The notes: generated by a model not told the origin, from the sequence alone. A stretch of 21,245 nt of DNA from Armatimonadota bacterium (GCA_043754515.1 JAYUUO010000296.1:1-21245), one strand, 5' to 3'; numbered from the stretch's first letter, positions 7,908 through 17,199 are shown. Translations and numbers: made by a program.

Positions 7908-8531
7908 ATGTCCCGCCCGTTCATCGTAACACTAATTGCTATCTCCCTCGCCTCCGCCGGATTCACGGTTTGGGCGAGAGATTGCGCGACCTCCGCGCCC
8001 GATAATACAGTGCTTGATCCTCCGGCTAAACCGCTCGCGGTGCGCGGCACGGATCGCGTGGCCATCTTCGCCGGGGGGTGCTTCTGGGGTACCGAGGAGG
8101 TGTTCCGCAAAATCGCCGGCGTGCGGGCGACTCAGGCCGGATACACCGGCGGGACCGCGCCCGACCCTACGTACCGGTCTATCCATGGCAAGAATATCAC
8201 CGGCTACGTCGAGGTGGTGAAGATCGTCTACGACCCGTCGCGGGTGAGTTACGAGACTTTATTCCGCCTCTTTTTCGCCCATCACGACCCCACTAAACCG
8301 CGCCCCAGGGACAGAAACGCCGCCGGGAGCGCGTACCGCTCGTTCGTGTTCGCCACGGACGCCGCGCAAGCCCGTGATGCGAACCGCATGATCGAGACGT
8401 TGAACAGGGACAGCCGGTACGCTTACTCTCTCGCTACCCGCGTCCGCCCTGCTTACCGTTTCTACCCCGCCGAGGAGCGTCACCAGGCCTATTACGCCAA
8501 ACGCGGCGGGGTGGTTAGTTGTAACAACTGA
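7908..8531 (+). CDS. msrA: Peptide-methionine (S)-S-oxide reductase with an N-terminal signal peptide
   Basis: FAGGCFWGTEE, GYTGG..PTY, EVV...YDP, HDPT, YRS, FYPAEE.HQ.YY and a C-terminal Cys; hydrophobic N-terminus MSRPFIVTLIAISLASAGFTVWA. Confidence 0.9.
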   Translation: MSRPFIVTLIAISLASAGFTVWARDCATSAPDNTVLDPPAKPLAVRGTDRVAIFAGGCFWGTEEVFRKIAGVRATQAGYTGGTAPDPTYRSIHGKNITGYVEVVKIVYDPSRVSYETLFRLFFAHHDPTKPRPRDRNAAGSAYRSFVFATDAAQARDANRMIETLNRDSRYAYSLATRVRPAYRFYPAEERHQAYYAKRGGVVSCNN

Positions 8532-8544
8532 TGCCGCGTGGGAC

Positions 8545-9576
8545 TTATTTTCGGCGCAACAGGAGAGCGGCGACAACCCCGACGACGGCGAACGCCAGAC
8601 CTTGCTTGACGATCGGGTGCAGTTCCGCCACCGAGGTGTACGGCGAGGGGAGTGTGACGGTCTTGCTTCGCGGCGCGTTTCCGCCATCCGTGGCACCCAG
8701 GCCCGGCTCCGGCTGATACAGGTTAGAGCGTCCGTCGTCTATCTCGTCCAGCAACTGCCCCTCGAAAAAGCCCCAGTAGTCGCCGGAGTGCTTCATGAAC
8801 GTGTCCAGTGCTTGCGGCGCGACTGTTTGTAGTCCCGCCAGCGCGGCCGCCGAACCGCCCGCGTAAATGTCGCGCCGGTAATTCTCACACGCGTATACTA
8901 TCGCTTCCGCCGGCACTGAAACGTCGTAGATGGGCGGCACCGCGCGGGGGCGTTTCCCCATCAGTGACTTCGCCTGCGTGTAGAACGGTGTGTCAATCAC
9001 GGCGGGCTTGATCAGAGTCACATTGACCGGGATCTGTTCGTGGTCGAGTTCCATGCGCAACGCCTCGGTGAACCCCTTCACCGCGTGCTTCGTCGCGCAG
9101 TAAATACCCTGTAACGGGATCGCCCGCTCGCCGAGCACCGAGCCGACATTGATGATCGTCCCGCCCTGCTTCGCCAGGTACGGTAGAGCGATCTGGCACC
9201 CGTGGATGGTCCCGAGCACGTTCACCGCGAGCACACGTTCTATGTCCTCAATGGGTTGCGACCGCGCATAGGCGTACGTAGAGACCGCCGCGTCATTGAC
9301 CCAGGTGTCAATGCGGCCGAAGTGCGACACGGCACGTTCGGCGAGTACCTGTACTTGTGCCCGGTCGGAAACATCGGTCGGAACCACGAGGGCACGTCCA
9401 CCACGCTCGGTGACTTCGCGGGCCGCCTCGTTCAGCGCGGGTTCGTTGCGGGCGGCGAGTACGACGGATGCGCCGCGCTCGGCAAGAAGGTGTGCGGTCT
9501 TGCGCCCGATGCCGGAGGACGCGCCGGTGATAACGACAACCTGCTCGCGCAGGGGCTTCGGTTGGAAACGGGACAT
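8545..9576 (-). CDS. Short-chain dehydrogenase/reductase (SDR) with a C-terminal hydrophobic tail
   Basis: VITGASSGIG, IDTWVNDA, INVGS, catalytic YCATK; C-terminal LAFAVVGVVAALLLRRK. Confidence 0.92.
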   Translation of the reverse strand: MSRFQPKPLREQVVVITGASSGIGRKTAHLLAERGASVVLAARNEPALNEAAREVTERGGRALVVPTDVSDRAQVQVLAERAVSHFGRIDTWVNDAAVSTYAYARSQPIEDIERVLAVNVLGTIHGCQIALPYLAKQGGTIINVGSVLGERAIPLQGIYCATKHAVKGFTEALRMELDHEQIPVNVTLIKPAVIDTPFYTQAKSLMGKRPRAVPPIYDVSVPAEAIVYACENYRRDIYAGGSAAALAGLQTVAPQALDTFMKHSGDYWGFFEGQLLDEIDDGRSNLYQPEPGLGATDGGNAPRSKTVTLPSPYTSVAELHPIVKQGLAFAVVGVVAALLLRRK

Positions 9577-9618
9577 TTGTATTACTTTTTTTCTAACCGC
9601 GTATAAACTCGCGGTGCC

Positions 9619-10167
9619 TCACGCAGGGCGGTTTTTCTGCGACGGGGCGGTACTCGCCGACTCCACAAGCGAACCAGATGTGTCGGTCGCGGGCTTACCG
9701 GATAGTGACGAGGGCGCGTTCAGGTTCGCGCCGTGGTCGATCCCGACGCCGAGTCGGTTGACCAGTTCGCCGCCGAGCCACGCCGCGAACAGCCCGACGC
9801 CGACCGCCAGGAATGACAGTACGATGGCGGGTACCGGTGGATTAATAGGATTAGTGGCGTGCCGAATCCAGAGCGACGCGCCGAACGCCCCGATCATCAC
9901 AACGTTCGCGACGCCGTGCGACAACCCGACCGCTTTAGCCCGCGTCCCAGATGGAATCGCGGACCAGTCTATGAACCCGGCGACGGCCGCGAATAGGCCC
10001 GCCGCGACGCCGACCAGGATCATGTAATACGCGACTTTGTAAAAGTCGTGGTTGCCGAGCAACGCCCCCGCGATGTCGAACAGTACTGAAGTTGTCAGCA
10101 AGCCGAGCGGGAAAACGATCAAAATCTGGTGGAGCGAGTGCCCTAAAAACTTGGCGCGTGATTCCAT
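9619..10167 (-). CDS. DUF2231 family membrane protein
   Basis: GHSLHQILIVFPLGL, AAVAGFIDW, G.SHG..N, AWLGGELV.R.GVG; four hydrophobic segments. Confidence 0.85.
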   Translation of the reverse strand: MESRAKFLGHSLHQILIVFPLGLLTTSVLFDIAGALLGNHDFYKVAYYMILVGVAAGLFAAVAGFIDWSAIPSGTRAKAVGLSHGVANVVMIGAFGASLWIRHATNPINPPVPAIVLSFLAVGVGLFAAWLGGELVNRLGVGIDHGANLNAPSSLSGKPATDTSGSLVESASTAPSQKNRPA

Positions 10168-10184
10168 GTTAGTCTTCCGGTCCC

Positions 10185-10448
10185 CTAATACTCGTCCTTC
10201 GTCGGCGGTTGCATCTCATGTGGCTGGCGCGGGTCGCCCGGGATCTCGCTCTGGCTATCTTCTTCGGAGGCGTCGCTGGCAGCGGGTCCCACGTTCGCAT
10301 CCACGGCATCCTGCTCCGATACGCCGGCTTTCGCGTCGTCGTTGCGCGGCAGATCATAGGAGTAGCGGGCATCGGTCATCTCCTCCGGCGTCAACTCGAC
10401 GGGCGTCTCGATCTCGTTCAGTATCTCAGTTTCGGGTGTGTTCGTCAC
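10185..10448 (-). CDS. Small acidic, probably disordered hypothetical protein (start uncertain: GTG 10448 or TTG 10514)
   Basis: D/E/P/T-rich ORF that fills the gap co-directionally and stops 17 nt before the DUF2231 ATG; AAGGAA lies upstream of GTG 10448. Confidence 0.6.
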   Translation of the reverse strand: MTNTPETEILNEIETPVELTPEEMTDARYSYDLPRNDDAKAGVSEQDAVDANVGPAASDASEEDSQSEIPGDPRQPHEMQPPTKDEY

Positions 10449-10557
10449 GGGTGTATCGGTTCCTTCAGGGGGTTGTTCTGTGCGTAATGTGTACCCGCCA
10501 TCACTGCTGTTCAACCCGCGCCCGCCGCGCTGTCCACCGGTACGTCATGGTGCTCCC

Positions 10558-12570
10558 TTACGCAAGCACCACTTGCACCGAGCAGAGCGAATCGCCTTCC
10601 ACATTAACGAGTAGCGTCTTCGTCGCGTCGTCGTAGTCGAACGGCACCGGGTCACCGTCCACCGTAACCTCGCGCGGCGCGGCTTCGCAGTAGGCGGCGA
10701 AGGTCCCCCCTGTTTCGAGTAGCATCTCGTGCGTCGTCTCATCGTCGGACACGGACGCTTCCACGATGGCACCCGCCGCGTTGAAGTAGTTCACCAACCC
10801 TATCGCGGCGAACCCGTAGTCAAAGAGCGGCACGAGCGTGAACACCTCACAGTCGAGTTGCGCCAGCGTGATCTCCCAGCGGTCGTTTTCGCCGAGCACA
10901 CGCAACTCTTTAGCCCGGTGCGCGTACACCGCGAGCCGCTCGCCGATGAACCCGTTCGGCAGATCGGCGGGCGAGATATGCCCCGTAATCGGCTCCGTGC
11001 CGCCCTCCGCGTATCGGGCGTTAAACGCACCGATGAGTTGCGCCCCGCCCCGCGACACGTTCCCGATCTTGAGTAGCACCGGCTCCTTTGTGACGTCCGC
11101 GAAAAGGCAGTCGCGGGTCGGGACACCCGGCGCGTCGCAACGGAAGACGCGCCCGTCTGGCGTGACTAGTTTGCGTAGCACCTCGACATCATGCGCCCCC
11201 GGCTTGTCCGAGACGTAAACGGGGGAGCCGGAAACCGCCCTCCCCGCTGCGTGGTACAAGCCCATCGGGTGCCCGGACTGGAACATGTCCCAGTCACCGT
11301 GGACGAACTGCCCAAACCAGGTACACACCTGCGCGTTCACCCACAGGTGTACCCCATGGGACTCGGGACGGTTCGGCCAGAAATCGGTCGAGGTGCGCGT
11401 CAAGTTGGAGAGCGGTGCCTGATACAGCATTTCGTTCGCGCAGGACATGCAGTTGATCAGACGCCCCTCGAAGTGGACCGCGACCGCCCCTTCGAGTGCC
11501 TCGTGATACGCCCGCATTGCCGGGACGCGCCCGCCTACCCCCAGCCCGCGAACCACGGTTTCGAGCGACGCCTGCGAATCCACCTTCACGCCGTCCACGC
11601 CCTGCGCCCGCAGATGCCGATGGTAGTCGTGAAAAAAGCGGTAAATGTGTTCGGGCGGGACGACGCCGATCATCGGGCCGAAGTAGCCGTCCACGTTCGG
11701 CGCGTGATGGCGCGTGCCGTCGCTCGATTCCCGCGCTATGGAGGTGGTGCCGTAGCCGGGAAGCGCGGCGTTGTCTACGCCGCCCCAGTAGCCGTTAAAA
11801 GCGTGCCAGACGAGGAACGTTTCCACGTCGTACTCGCCCTTAGCCATCTGAACGGTCGGCGCGAGGCCGCCGGGGAACTTGTCGTTCGCGCCGAACCCGG
11901 TCAGCCGACGCTCCTTGGTTTCCGTCGCCCGCTCAGACTGCCACCCGTCGTCTAAAATCAGGAAGCGCGGCGTGATCCCGGCGGATTTCCACGACTCCAA
12001 CCCCTCGCGCACCTTGTCGTGCGAAACCTCGGAGTAGAACGCGTTCCATGTACACCAGCCGAAATCGTCGCAGAACGCCGGGAGCGATTTCTCGTGGCGC
12101 AACCGGGTCGTGCCGAGATGGTCGGCGACGCTCCGGGCGGCGCGGGTGATCAGGTCGTAGGGATCGTCCCCCACAGCGACGAAAAGCCCGGTCATCGCTG
12201 CCTGCCGCGCGGCGGAGTCGCCCGACTCGGCGACCAATAGCAGCCCGTCCCCGCCGTCCCCGCGCAGGGAGGCGCGGAACATCCCCTCTATCAGCGGCAC
12301 GAAAAGCGCGAACCGCCCGTCCCCGAGTTCGGCGAGCAGAAACTGCGTCTCAATGGGAACCGCGCCCGCCGAAGTGCCGGTCGCCGCCGTCATCCAGAAC
12401 GGCTCGTAGCGGTGGTGCGCGACATACCGGACGAGATCGGGAACGGTACCGACCGCAAAACTGTGGCGGGCGGCGGGTTCGGGCGCGGCGAAGCACAGAA
12501 ATGTCCCGACTCCGAGCGGATCGGGGAGCGCGGTCACGTCAACGGCAAGAACAAGCGGCAGGGTATCCAT
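10558..12570 (-). CDS. Sip1/raffinose synthase-like GH36 alpha-galactosidase (670 aa)
   Basis: FGWCTWNAFY, ILDDGWQ, VWHA..GYWGGV, nucleophile motif DGVKVDSQ, INCMS, acid/base RTSTDFWP, DWDMFQS, AVSGSPVYVSDKPGAHD. Confidence 0.93.
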   Translation of the reverse strand: MDTLPLVLAVDVTALPDPLGVGTFLCFAAPEPAARHSFAVGTVPDLVRYVAHHRYEPFWMTAATGTSAGAVPIETQFLLAELGDGRFALFVPLIEGMFRASLRGDGGDGLLLVAESGDSAARQAAMTGLFVAVGDDPYDLITRAARSVADHLGTTRLRHEKSLPAFCDDFGWCTWNAFYSEVSHDKVREGLESWKSAGITPRFLILDDGWQSERATETKERRLTGFGANDKFPGGLAPTVQMAKGEYDVETFLVWHAFNGYWGGVDNAALPGYGTTSIARESSDGTRHHAPNVDGYFGPMIGVVPPEHIYRFFHDYHRHLRAQGVDGVKVDSQASLETVVRGLGVGGRVPAMRAYHEALEGAVAVHFEGRLINCMSCANEMLYQAPLSNLTRTSTDFWPNRPESHGVHLWVNAQVCTWFGQFVHGDWDMFQSGHPMGLYHAAGRAVSGSPVYVSDKPGAHDVEVLRKLVTPDGRVFRCDAPGVPTRDCLFADVTKEPVLLKIGNVSRGGAQLIGAFNARYAEGGTEPITGHISPADLPNGFIGERLAVYAHRAKELRVLGENDRWEITLAQLDCEVFTLVPLFDYGFAAIGLVNYFNAAGAIVEASVSDDETTHEMLLETGGTFAAYCEAAPREVTVDGDPVPFDYDDATKTLLVNVEGDSLCSVQVVLA

Positions 12571-12690
12571 GCCGTTCTATTCGCCCTCCGCGGGTTGGTT
12601 TCCTTGCCCGGTGGGGCGACTACGTCATCGTTTTCCTGCCTGTTTGGTAGCAGGCGCACCCCACGAATATGCGTCATATTAGCAACGTAA

Positions 12691-13593
12691 CTATAACGCG
12701 ATCGCACTACCTCGCCCGGTGAGCGTGATCGCCCCGCCCCGTTCCTCGACCGATCGAAAGATCGCCCTCTCCTTCCCGCCACCGTTTGGCTCATGGAAGG
12801 TGATGTATAGCACGTCGTCGAAGCCGCGAAATAGCATCGCGTGCCCGCCGTCCCGCGCGAAGATCGGTTCGGGGTCGTGCGTCCACGCGCCCGTCAGCGT
12901 GCGGTCGCCCGAACGCGCCCAGCCGACCGCGTAACCGTCCGCGCCGAACGACGACCAGAGCATGCCGAGCGTGCCGTTCGTTCCTCTATGTAGGAAAGGC
13001 CCGTCGGTCACGTAGCCGGTAGTTTCCGCGTGCGTGATCGGCCGTGTCCACGGTGCTTCGCTAGCGTTGAAGAGCAGAGTCGCTCCGCCATCGGCACCGC
13101 TCAGATCTTCCCGGAGGGGCATTGCGTACATCCCGCCGTCGGATGCCTGGAGCCATTCGTGACAGAACACGAGCCACGGCTTCCCCACATCGTCTACAAA
13201 AAAGGTGCCGTCGAGACACTCCCAGGCCAGGGGGGTGACGGGACCGGGCGAAACAGGCGCGAACGGGCCGGTCGGCGCGTCGGAGACGAGTATCTGCGTC
13301 CCTCGCGCCCGGTCCGGCGACTTGAACGTTCCGAATAAGTAGTACCGCCCGCACCATTTATGTACTTCCGGTGCCCAGAACTCCCGCGTTGCCCAGAAGC
13401 CGGGGGCGGGTCGGAACGCGGGAATTGGCCCCTCCCACTCGTCGAGCGAGGTGCCGACGGACAGGTAAGCGTCGAAGCCGCCGCCGGCCTGCCCGCCGCT
13501 CGAGGTGCCGAACAGCGCATACCGCCTCACCTCGGGGAGTGGCAGGATGAACGGGTCGCGGATCGAAAGGGCAAGGCGGAGTATGATTGCCAT
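12691..13593 (-). CDS. Glycoside hydrolase family 43 protein (300 aa)
   Basis: IRDPFIL, FWAPEVH, CLDGTFF, VFCHEW, TDGPFL, MLWSSF, DGGHAMLF. ATG at 13593 with AAGGAG at the end of the DUF423 gene; the ORF-track start at 13743 is over-extended. Confidence 0.9.
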   Translation of the reverse strand: MAIILRLALSIRDPFILPLPEVRRYALFGTSSGGQAGGGFDAYLSVGTSLDEWEGPIPAFRPAPGFWATREFWAPEVHKWCGRYYLFGTFKSPDRARGTQILVSDAPTGPFAPVSPGPVTPLAWECLDGTFFVDDVGKPWLVFCHEWLQASDGGMYAMPLREDLSGADGGATLLFNASEAPWTRPITHAETTGYVTDGPFLHRGTNGTLGMLWSSFGADGYAVGWARSGDRTLTGAWTHDPEPIFARDGGHAMLFRGFDDVLYITFHEPNGGGKERAIFRSVEERGGAITLTGRGSAIAL

Positions 13594-13601
13594 CGTTCTA
13601 A

Positions 13602-13988
13602 CTACTCCTTGATCCGGCTCGCGGCGACCGCGAGTAGCACCCAGCCGGACAGGAAGCAGACACCGCCTAGGGGAGTGATCGCGCCGAGGACGCGCACGCC
13701 GGACAGCGCGAGCGCGTACAGGCTCCCGGCGAAGATCACGCACCCGGCCGCGAATAGGTAGCCCGCTGTCCGCGCGAGGCTCTGCGCGGCCGCCGGAAGC
13801 CGCTCATACAGCGACGCGACCAAAACGAGGGCGAGGGCATGGTACATCTGGTACTGCGCCCCGGTGTTCCAGATCGCGATCCGCTCCAGCGGGATATGCT
13901 CCTTCAGCTGGTGCGCGCCGAACGCGCCGAGGGCGACCGCGCAGAACGCGTTAACCGTGCCGAGCAGGAAAAGGTTGCGTAGAGTCAT
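13602..13988 (-). CDS. DUF423 (YgdD/TMEM256) membrane protein
   Basis: AVALGAFGAHQLK, TGAQYQMYHALAL, G.VIFAGSLYALAL, LGAITPLGG..FL.GW. Confidence 0.93.
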   Translation of the reverse strand: MTLRNLFLLGTVNAFCAVALGAFGAHQLKEHIPLERIAIWNTGAQYQMYHALALVLVASLYERLPAAAQSLARTAGYLFAAGCVIFAGSLYALALSGVRVLGAITPLGGVCFLSGWVLLAVAASRIKE

Positions 13989-14003
13989 GGCGAAATTGTA
14001 TCA
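13989..14003 (-). promoter_or_regulatory. Extended -10 promoter placing the TSS on the DUF423 ATG (leaderless mRNA)
   Basis: Minus strand reads TGA-TACAAT-TTCGCC-ATG; no SD is present. Confidence 0.6.
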
Positions 14004-14034
14004 GACGGGTTCGGCGCGAGGTTGACATAAGGTG

Positions 14035-14063
14035 TTGACAACGCCCCGCCACCGACATACAAT
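14035..14063 (+). promoter_or_regulatory. Near-consensus sigma70 promoter for rpsU
   Basis: TTGACA (14035-14040), 17 nt, TACAAT (14058-14063). Confidence 0.8.
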
Positions 14064-14202
14064 GCCCAGACATACGGCGCGTCCCTCCTCACGCCCCCTG
14101 TCACCGTGATGGCAACGGCCGTCGCGTGTGACACACCGAAACGGGAGGGCACCTTCCGCCGCACGACGCGGCGAGACAGACCAGCGAGGAGGGGATAAAA
14201 TT

Positions 14203-14391
14203 ATGGCACAGGTAATTGTTAAACAAGGCGAGCCGCTCGACGTGGCTCTCAAACGTTTCAAAAAAACGCTTCAGCAGGAAGGCACGCTCAAGATCGCGCG
14301 CGCTCATGAGTTCTACGAGAAGAAGAGCGACAAGATCCGCAAGGAAAAAGCGTCGCGACAGCGCAAGATGAAGCAGACCGAGGAGCGGTAA
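14203..14391 (+). CDS. rpsU: 30S ribosomal protein bS21 (62 aa)
   Basis: MAQVIVKQGEPLDVALKRFKK...EG.LK.AR.HEFYEK.S; strong SD GAGGAGG before ATG 14203. Confidence 0.95.
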   Translation: MAQVIVKQGEPLDVALKRFKKTLQQEGTLKIARAHEFYEKKSDKIRKEKASRQRKMKQTEER

Positions 14392-14636
14392 ACCCGCCGC
14401 GCGACACGGCCATACGCCCGTGCCGCATGTGAAGGTGGCTCCCGACGCGGTGAGCCGAACCTTTCAGGGACGCGCCCATGTCCCCCCTGAACGGCTCCTT
14501 CGCCCGATCACAATTCTTTAGCTAGCAGATGTAGCCGCTATCCGGTCTCGCCATGCCCGCGTAGCATTCCTATCCACTCACGAACCGGACCGGCGGTCTC
14601 CCGCCGCGCCGGACGAAACCGTTCCCACCCAAACGT

Positions 14637-17168
14637 ATGACGCGACCAAACCCGATACTGCTCTTCTGGCACCGCTGGGTCACCCTGCCGCGTGACGCGA
14701 GTCGGCGGCGGCGGCGCAACGCGTTGCGGGTCATGGAGGCGGCGAAGCGGGGCGGCGAACGCGCTTCCGACACGGGTACCAACGGCGGCAGCGGCTTCTC
14801 CTGGGGCAAGGCGGGGCGCATCGGCCTGGCAGTCGTGACCGCCACACTCCTGACCGCGCTCCTGTGTCTGCACCTCTGGCCCAACCACGTTTCCCTCAAC
14901 CTCGGCGACATCGCGAAGAAGGACATCGTCGCCCAGCGCACCGTCCGCTACGAGGATACGGCGGCGACCGATGAATTGAAGAACGCGGCGATGTACAACG
15001 TCGGGCGTCGCTACGACACGATCCCGGACGCGGCGCAGACGGCGGTCGAGACCACGGACTACGTTTTCGACATCGTGGCACGCTGGGCGGCATTCCCCGC
15101 TGGCACGACTCCCGCGAAAGGCGCGCCTCCCGCGGACGCCAAAAACACGGACGGCGCGAACGCGGGGGCGAAAAGTGGCGACGCAAAGGCCGGGGTGAAC
15201 GCCGACCGACTGGCCGCCGCGCTGAACGAGATCCACCGACAGGGCGCGGTCTCGGTGCGCAAAGAGACCGTCGCGTATCTGTTCGGCCTCTCGTCCGCCG
15301 ACCGCGCCGACATCAAGGCGGCGGCGGCGACATTAACGGGGCGGCTGATGGAACGGCCGATCAAGGACGAGAACAGCGACCTGCGCGACGCGCGGCGCGA
15401 GGTGTCCACGGACGGCGACCTGAAGAACCTGTTCCCGAACCGGGCGCGACGCGACGCGGTCGCGGAGATCATCGTATCGAGCCTGGTGCCCAACCGTCGC
15501 TTCGACGCGCGCAAGACCGCCGACGATCAGCAAGCGGCTAAAACCGCCGTTCCGCCGCAACTGCGTCGCATCCCGGCGGGCGACCCGGTCATCCGTGCCG
15601 GGGAACGGGTCACGAACCAGCATCTGGACGCGTTCGCTGCGCTCGGCCTCCGGAACGCGCGGCTCGACGGCGCGACGATCGCCGTAATCGCGGCGATGGT
15701 CACCGGCATGGTGGTTTTCGTCACGATCTACCTGCGCCTGTTTCACCGCGAGATGTATGCCAAGACGCCACTGTTGGTGCTACTTTCAATACAAACGGTG
15801 CTGGCGGTGGTCGGGCTGAAGATCGGGTCGCTCCTGCTCGGGCTGCCGTTCACCGGCGTTCATTTCGGCTACCTCGGCATGATGTGCGTCGCGTCGGCGG
15901 GCATGGCCATCGCGCTGTTACTGGACGCCGGGGTGGCAACCCTGATCGTCGCGCTCCTGTCTATCGCGTCGGGCATGATCCTGAACAACGAACTGCGCTT
16001 CACGATGCTTACGCTCGGCTCGTCTCTAGTCGGCATCGTCGCTGTCGCCACGCTCAAAAACCGGTCGGACTATCTGCGAGCGACGCTGATCCTGTGCGTC
16101 GCGAACACCGTTTTGAACGCGCTGGTCGGATTGCTCGACGGTGACCGCGATAATGAACTCCTTTCCGGGATGCTCTGGGGCGGGATCTCCGGCCTGTTCG
16201 CGATGGCACTGTTCTACACCGGCGTCGCCATTTTCGAGCGGTGGTTCGGTATCACGACGCACCTGCGCCTGCTGGAGCTGTCCGATCCGGCGACCCCGGT
16301 GCTACAGGAGTTCCGGCTAAAGGCACCTGGTACCTACGCGCATTCGCTGATGGTCGGTACGCTATCGCACGCGGCGGCGGAGGGGATCGGCGCGGACTCG
16401 CTCCTGTGTCGTGTCGCTGCGTACTACCACGACCTGGGGAAGATGAACCGCCCGGAGTTTTTCATCGAGAACCAGAGCGGGCTGGAGAACGTCCACGACC
16501 GGATCGCACCGTCGCTGTCCGCGCTCGTGCTTGCCGCGCATGTCAAGGACGGCGTGGAGATGTGCCGCGCGATGGGACTGCCGCCGCGCGTACTGGACGT
16601 GATCGCGCAGCATCACGGCACTACGCTAATGAAGTTTTTCTTTTACCGCGCGGCGGGCGGACGACCTGACCCGGCGATGGAGGCGCAGTTCCGCTATCCC
16701 GGTCCGAAGCCCCGGAGTAAGGAAGCGGCAATACTGCTACTGGCGGATTCCGTGGAAGCCGGTTCCCGCTCTCTGGAGAAGCCGACCCCGGCACGGATCG
16801 AGGCGTTCGTTGCCGAAATTATTGAGGACAAACGTTCTGACTCCCAGTTAGACGAATGCGACCTGACGCTGTGGGAACTGAAAACCGTCCGCGAAACGTT
16901 CGCACGCACGCTGTCGGGGGCACTCCACGCCCGCATTTCCTACCCTGGCGATAAGCGCGCGAAGCCCGCCGAAACCGTGCCCGGTCTGCCGGAAACGGCG
17001 GACTACCCAACGCCAGATGTGTCGTTTGCTCCACCCCCGTCCGCCTTCGCCCCGATGTTGACCGCCGATGTGCCCGACTCGCTGACGGACGGCGCGTCGC
17101 CTATCGCGCACGACGTACCCGATGAAACCCCGCGCCCGCCGCGCCGCCGCCCGCGCCGCGACACCTGA
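14637..17168 (+). CDS. pgpH: 7TM-HD (HDIG) phosphohydrolase, PgpH-like cyclic di-AMP phosphodiesterase
   Basis: N-terminal TM helix, extracellular 7TMR-HD domain, multiple TM helices, then APGTYAHS, AYYHDLGK..RP.FFIENQ, HVKDG, QHHGT, FRYPGPKP.SKEA..LADSVEA; located upstream of ybeY. Confidence 0.88.
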   Translation: MTRPNPILLFWHRWVTLPRDASRRRRRNALRVMEAAKRGGERASDTGTNGGSGFSWGKAGRIGLAVVTATLLTALLCLHLWPNHVSLNLGDIAKKDIVAQRTVRYEDTAATDELKNAAMYNVGRRYDTIPDAAQTAVETTDYVFDIVARWAAFPAGTTPAKGAPPADAKNTDGANAGAKSGDAKAGVNADRLAAALNEIHRQGAVSVRKETVAYLFGLSSADRADIKAAAATLTGRLMERPIKDENSDLRDARREVSTDGDLKNLFPNRARRDAVAEIIVSSLVPNRRFDARKTADDQQAAKTAVPPQLRRIPAGDPVIRAGERVTNQHLDAFAALGLRNARLDGATIAVIAAMVTGMVVFVTIYLRLFHREMYAKTPLLVLLSIQTVLAVVGLKIGSLLLGLPFTGVHFGYLGMMCVASAGMAIALLLDAGVATLIVALLSIASGMILNNELRFTMLTLGSSLVGIVAVATLKNRSDYLRATLILCVANTVLNALVGLLDGDRDNELLSGMLWGGISGLFAMALFYTGVAIFERWFGITTHLRLLELSDPATPVLQEFRLKAPGTYAHSLMVGTLSHAAAEGIGADSLLCRVAAYYHDLGKMNRPEFFIENQSGLENVHDRIAPSLSALVLAAHVKDGVEMCRAMGLPPRVLDVIAQHHGTTLMKFFFYRAAGGRPDPAMEAQFRYPGPKPRSKEAAILLLADSVEAGSRSLEKPTPARIEAFVAEIIEDKRSDSQLDECDLTLWELKTVRETFARTLSGALHARISYPGDKRAKPAETVPGLPETADYPTPDVSFAPPPSAFAPMLTADVPDSLTDGASPIAHDVPDETPRPPRRRPRRDT

Positions 17169-17199
17169 GTCGGAGGCGCACATGCCGTACAATGGCGGC

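Noticed and set aside
8078..8080. Possible selenocysteine MsrA
   Set aside because: The catalytic codon in GCFW is TGC, and the only TGA is the terminal stop.
14392..14636. c-di-AMP (ydaO) riboswitch upstream of the pgpH-like gene
   Set aside because: The conserved ydaO elements (GCTGAATCC, GGAACC, GCTAAC) are not present.
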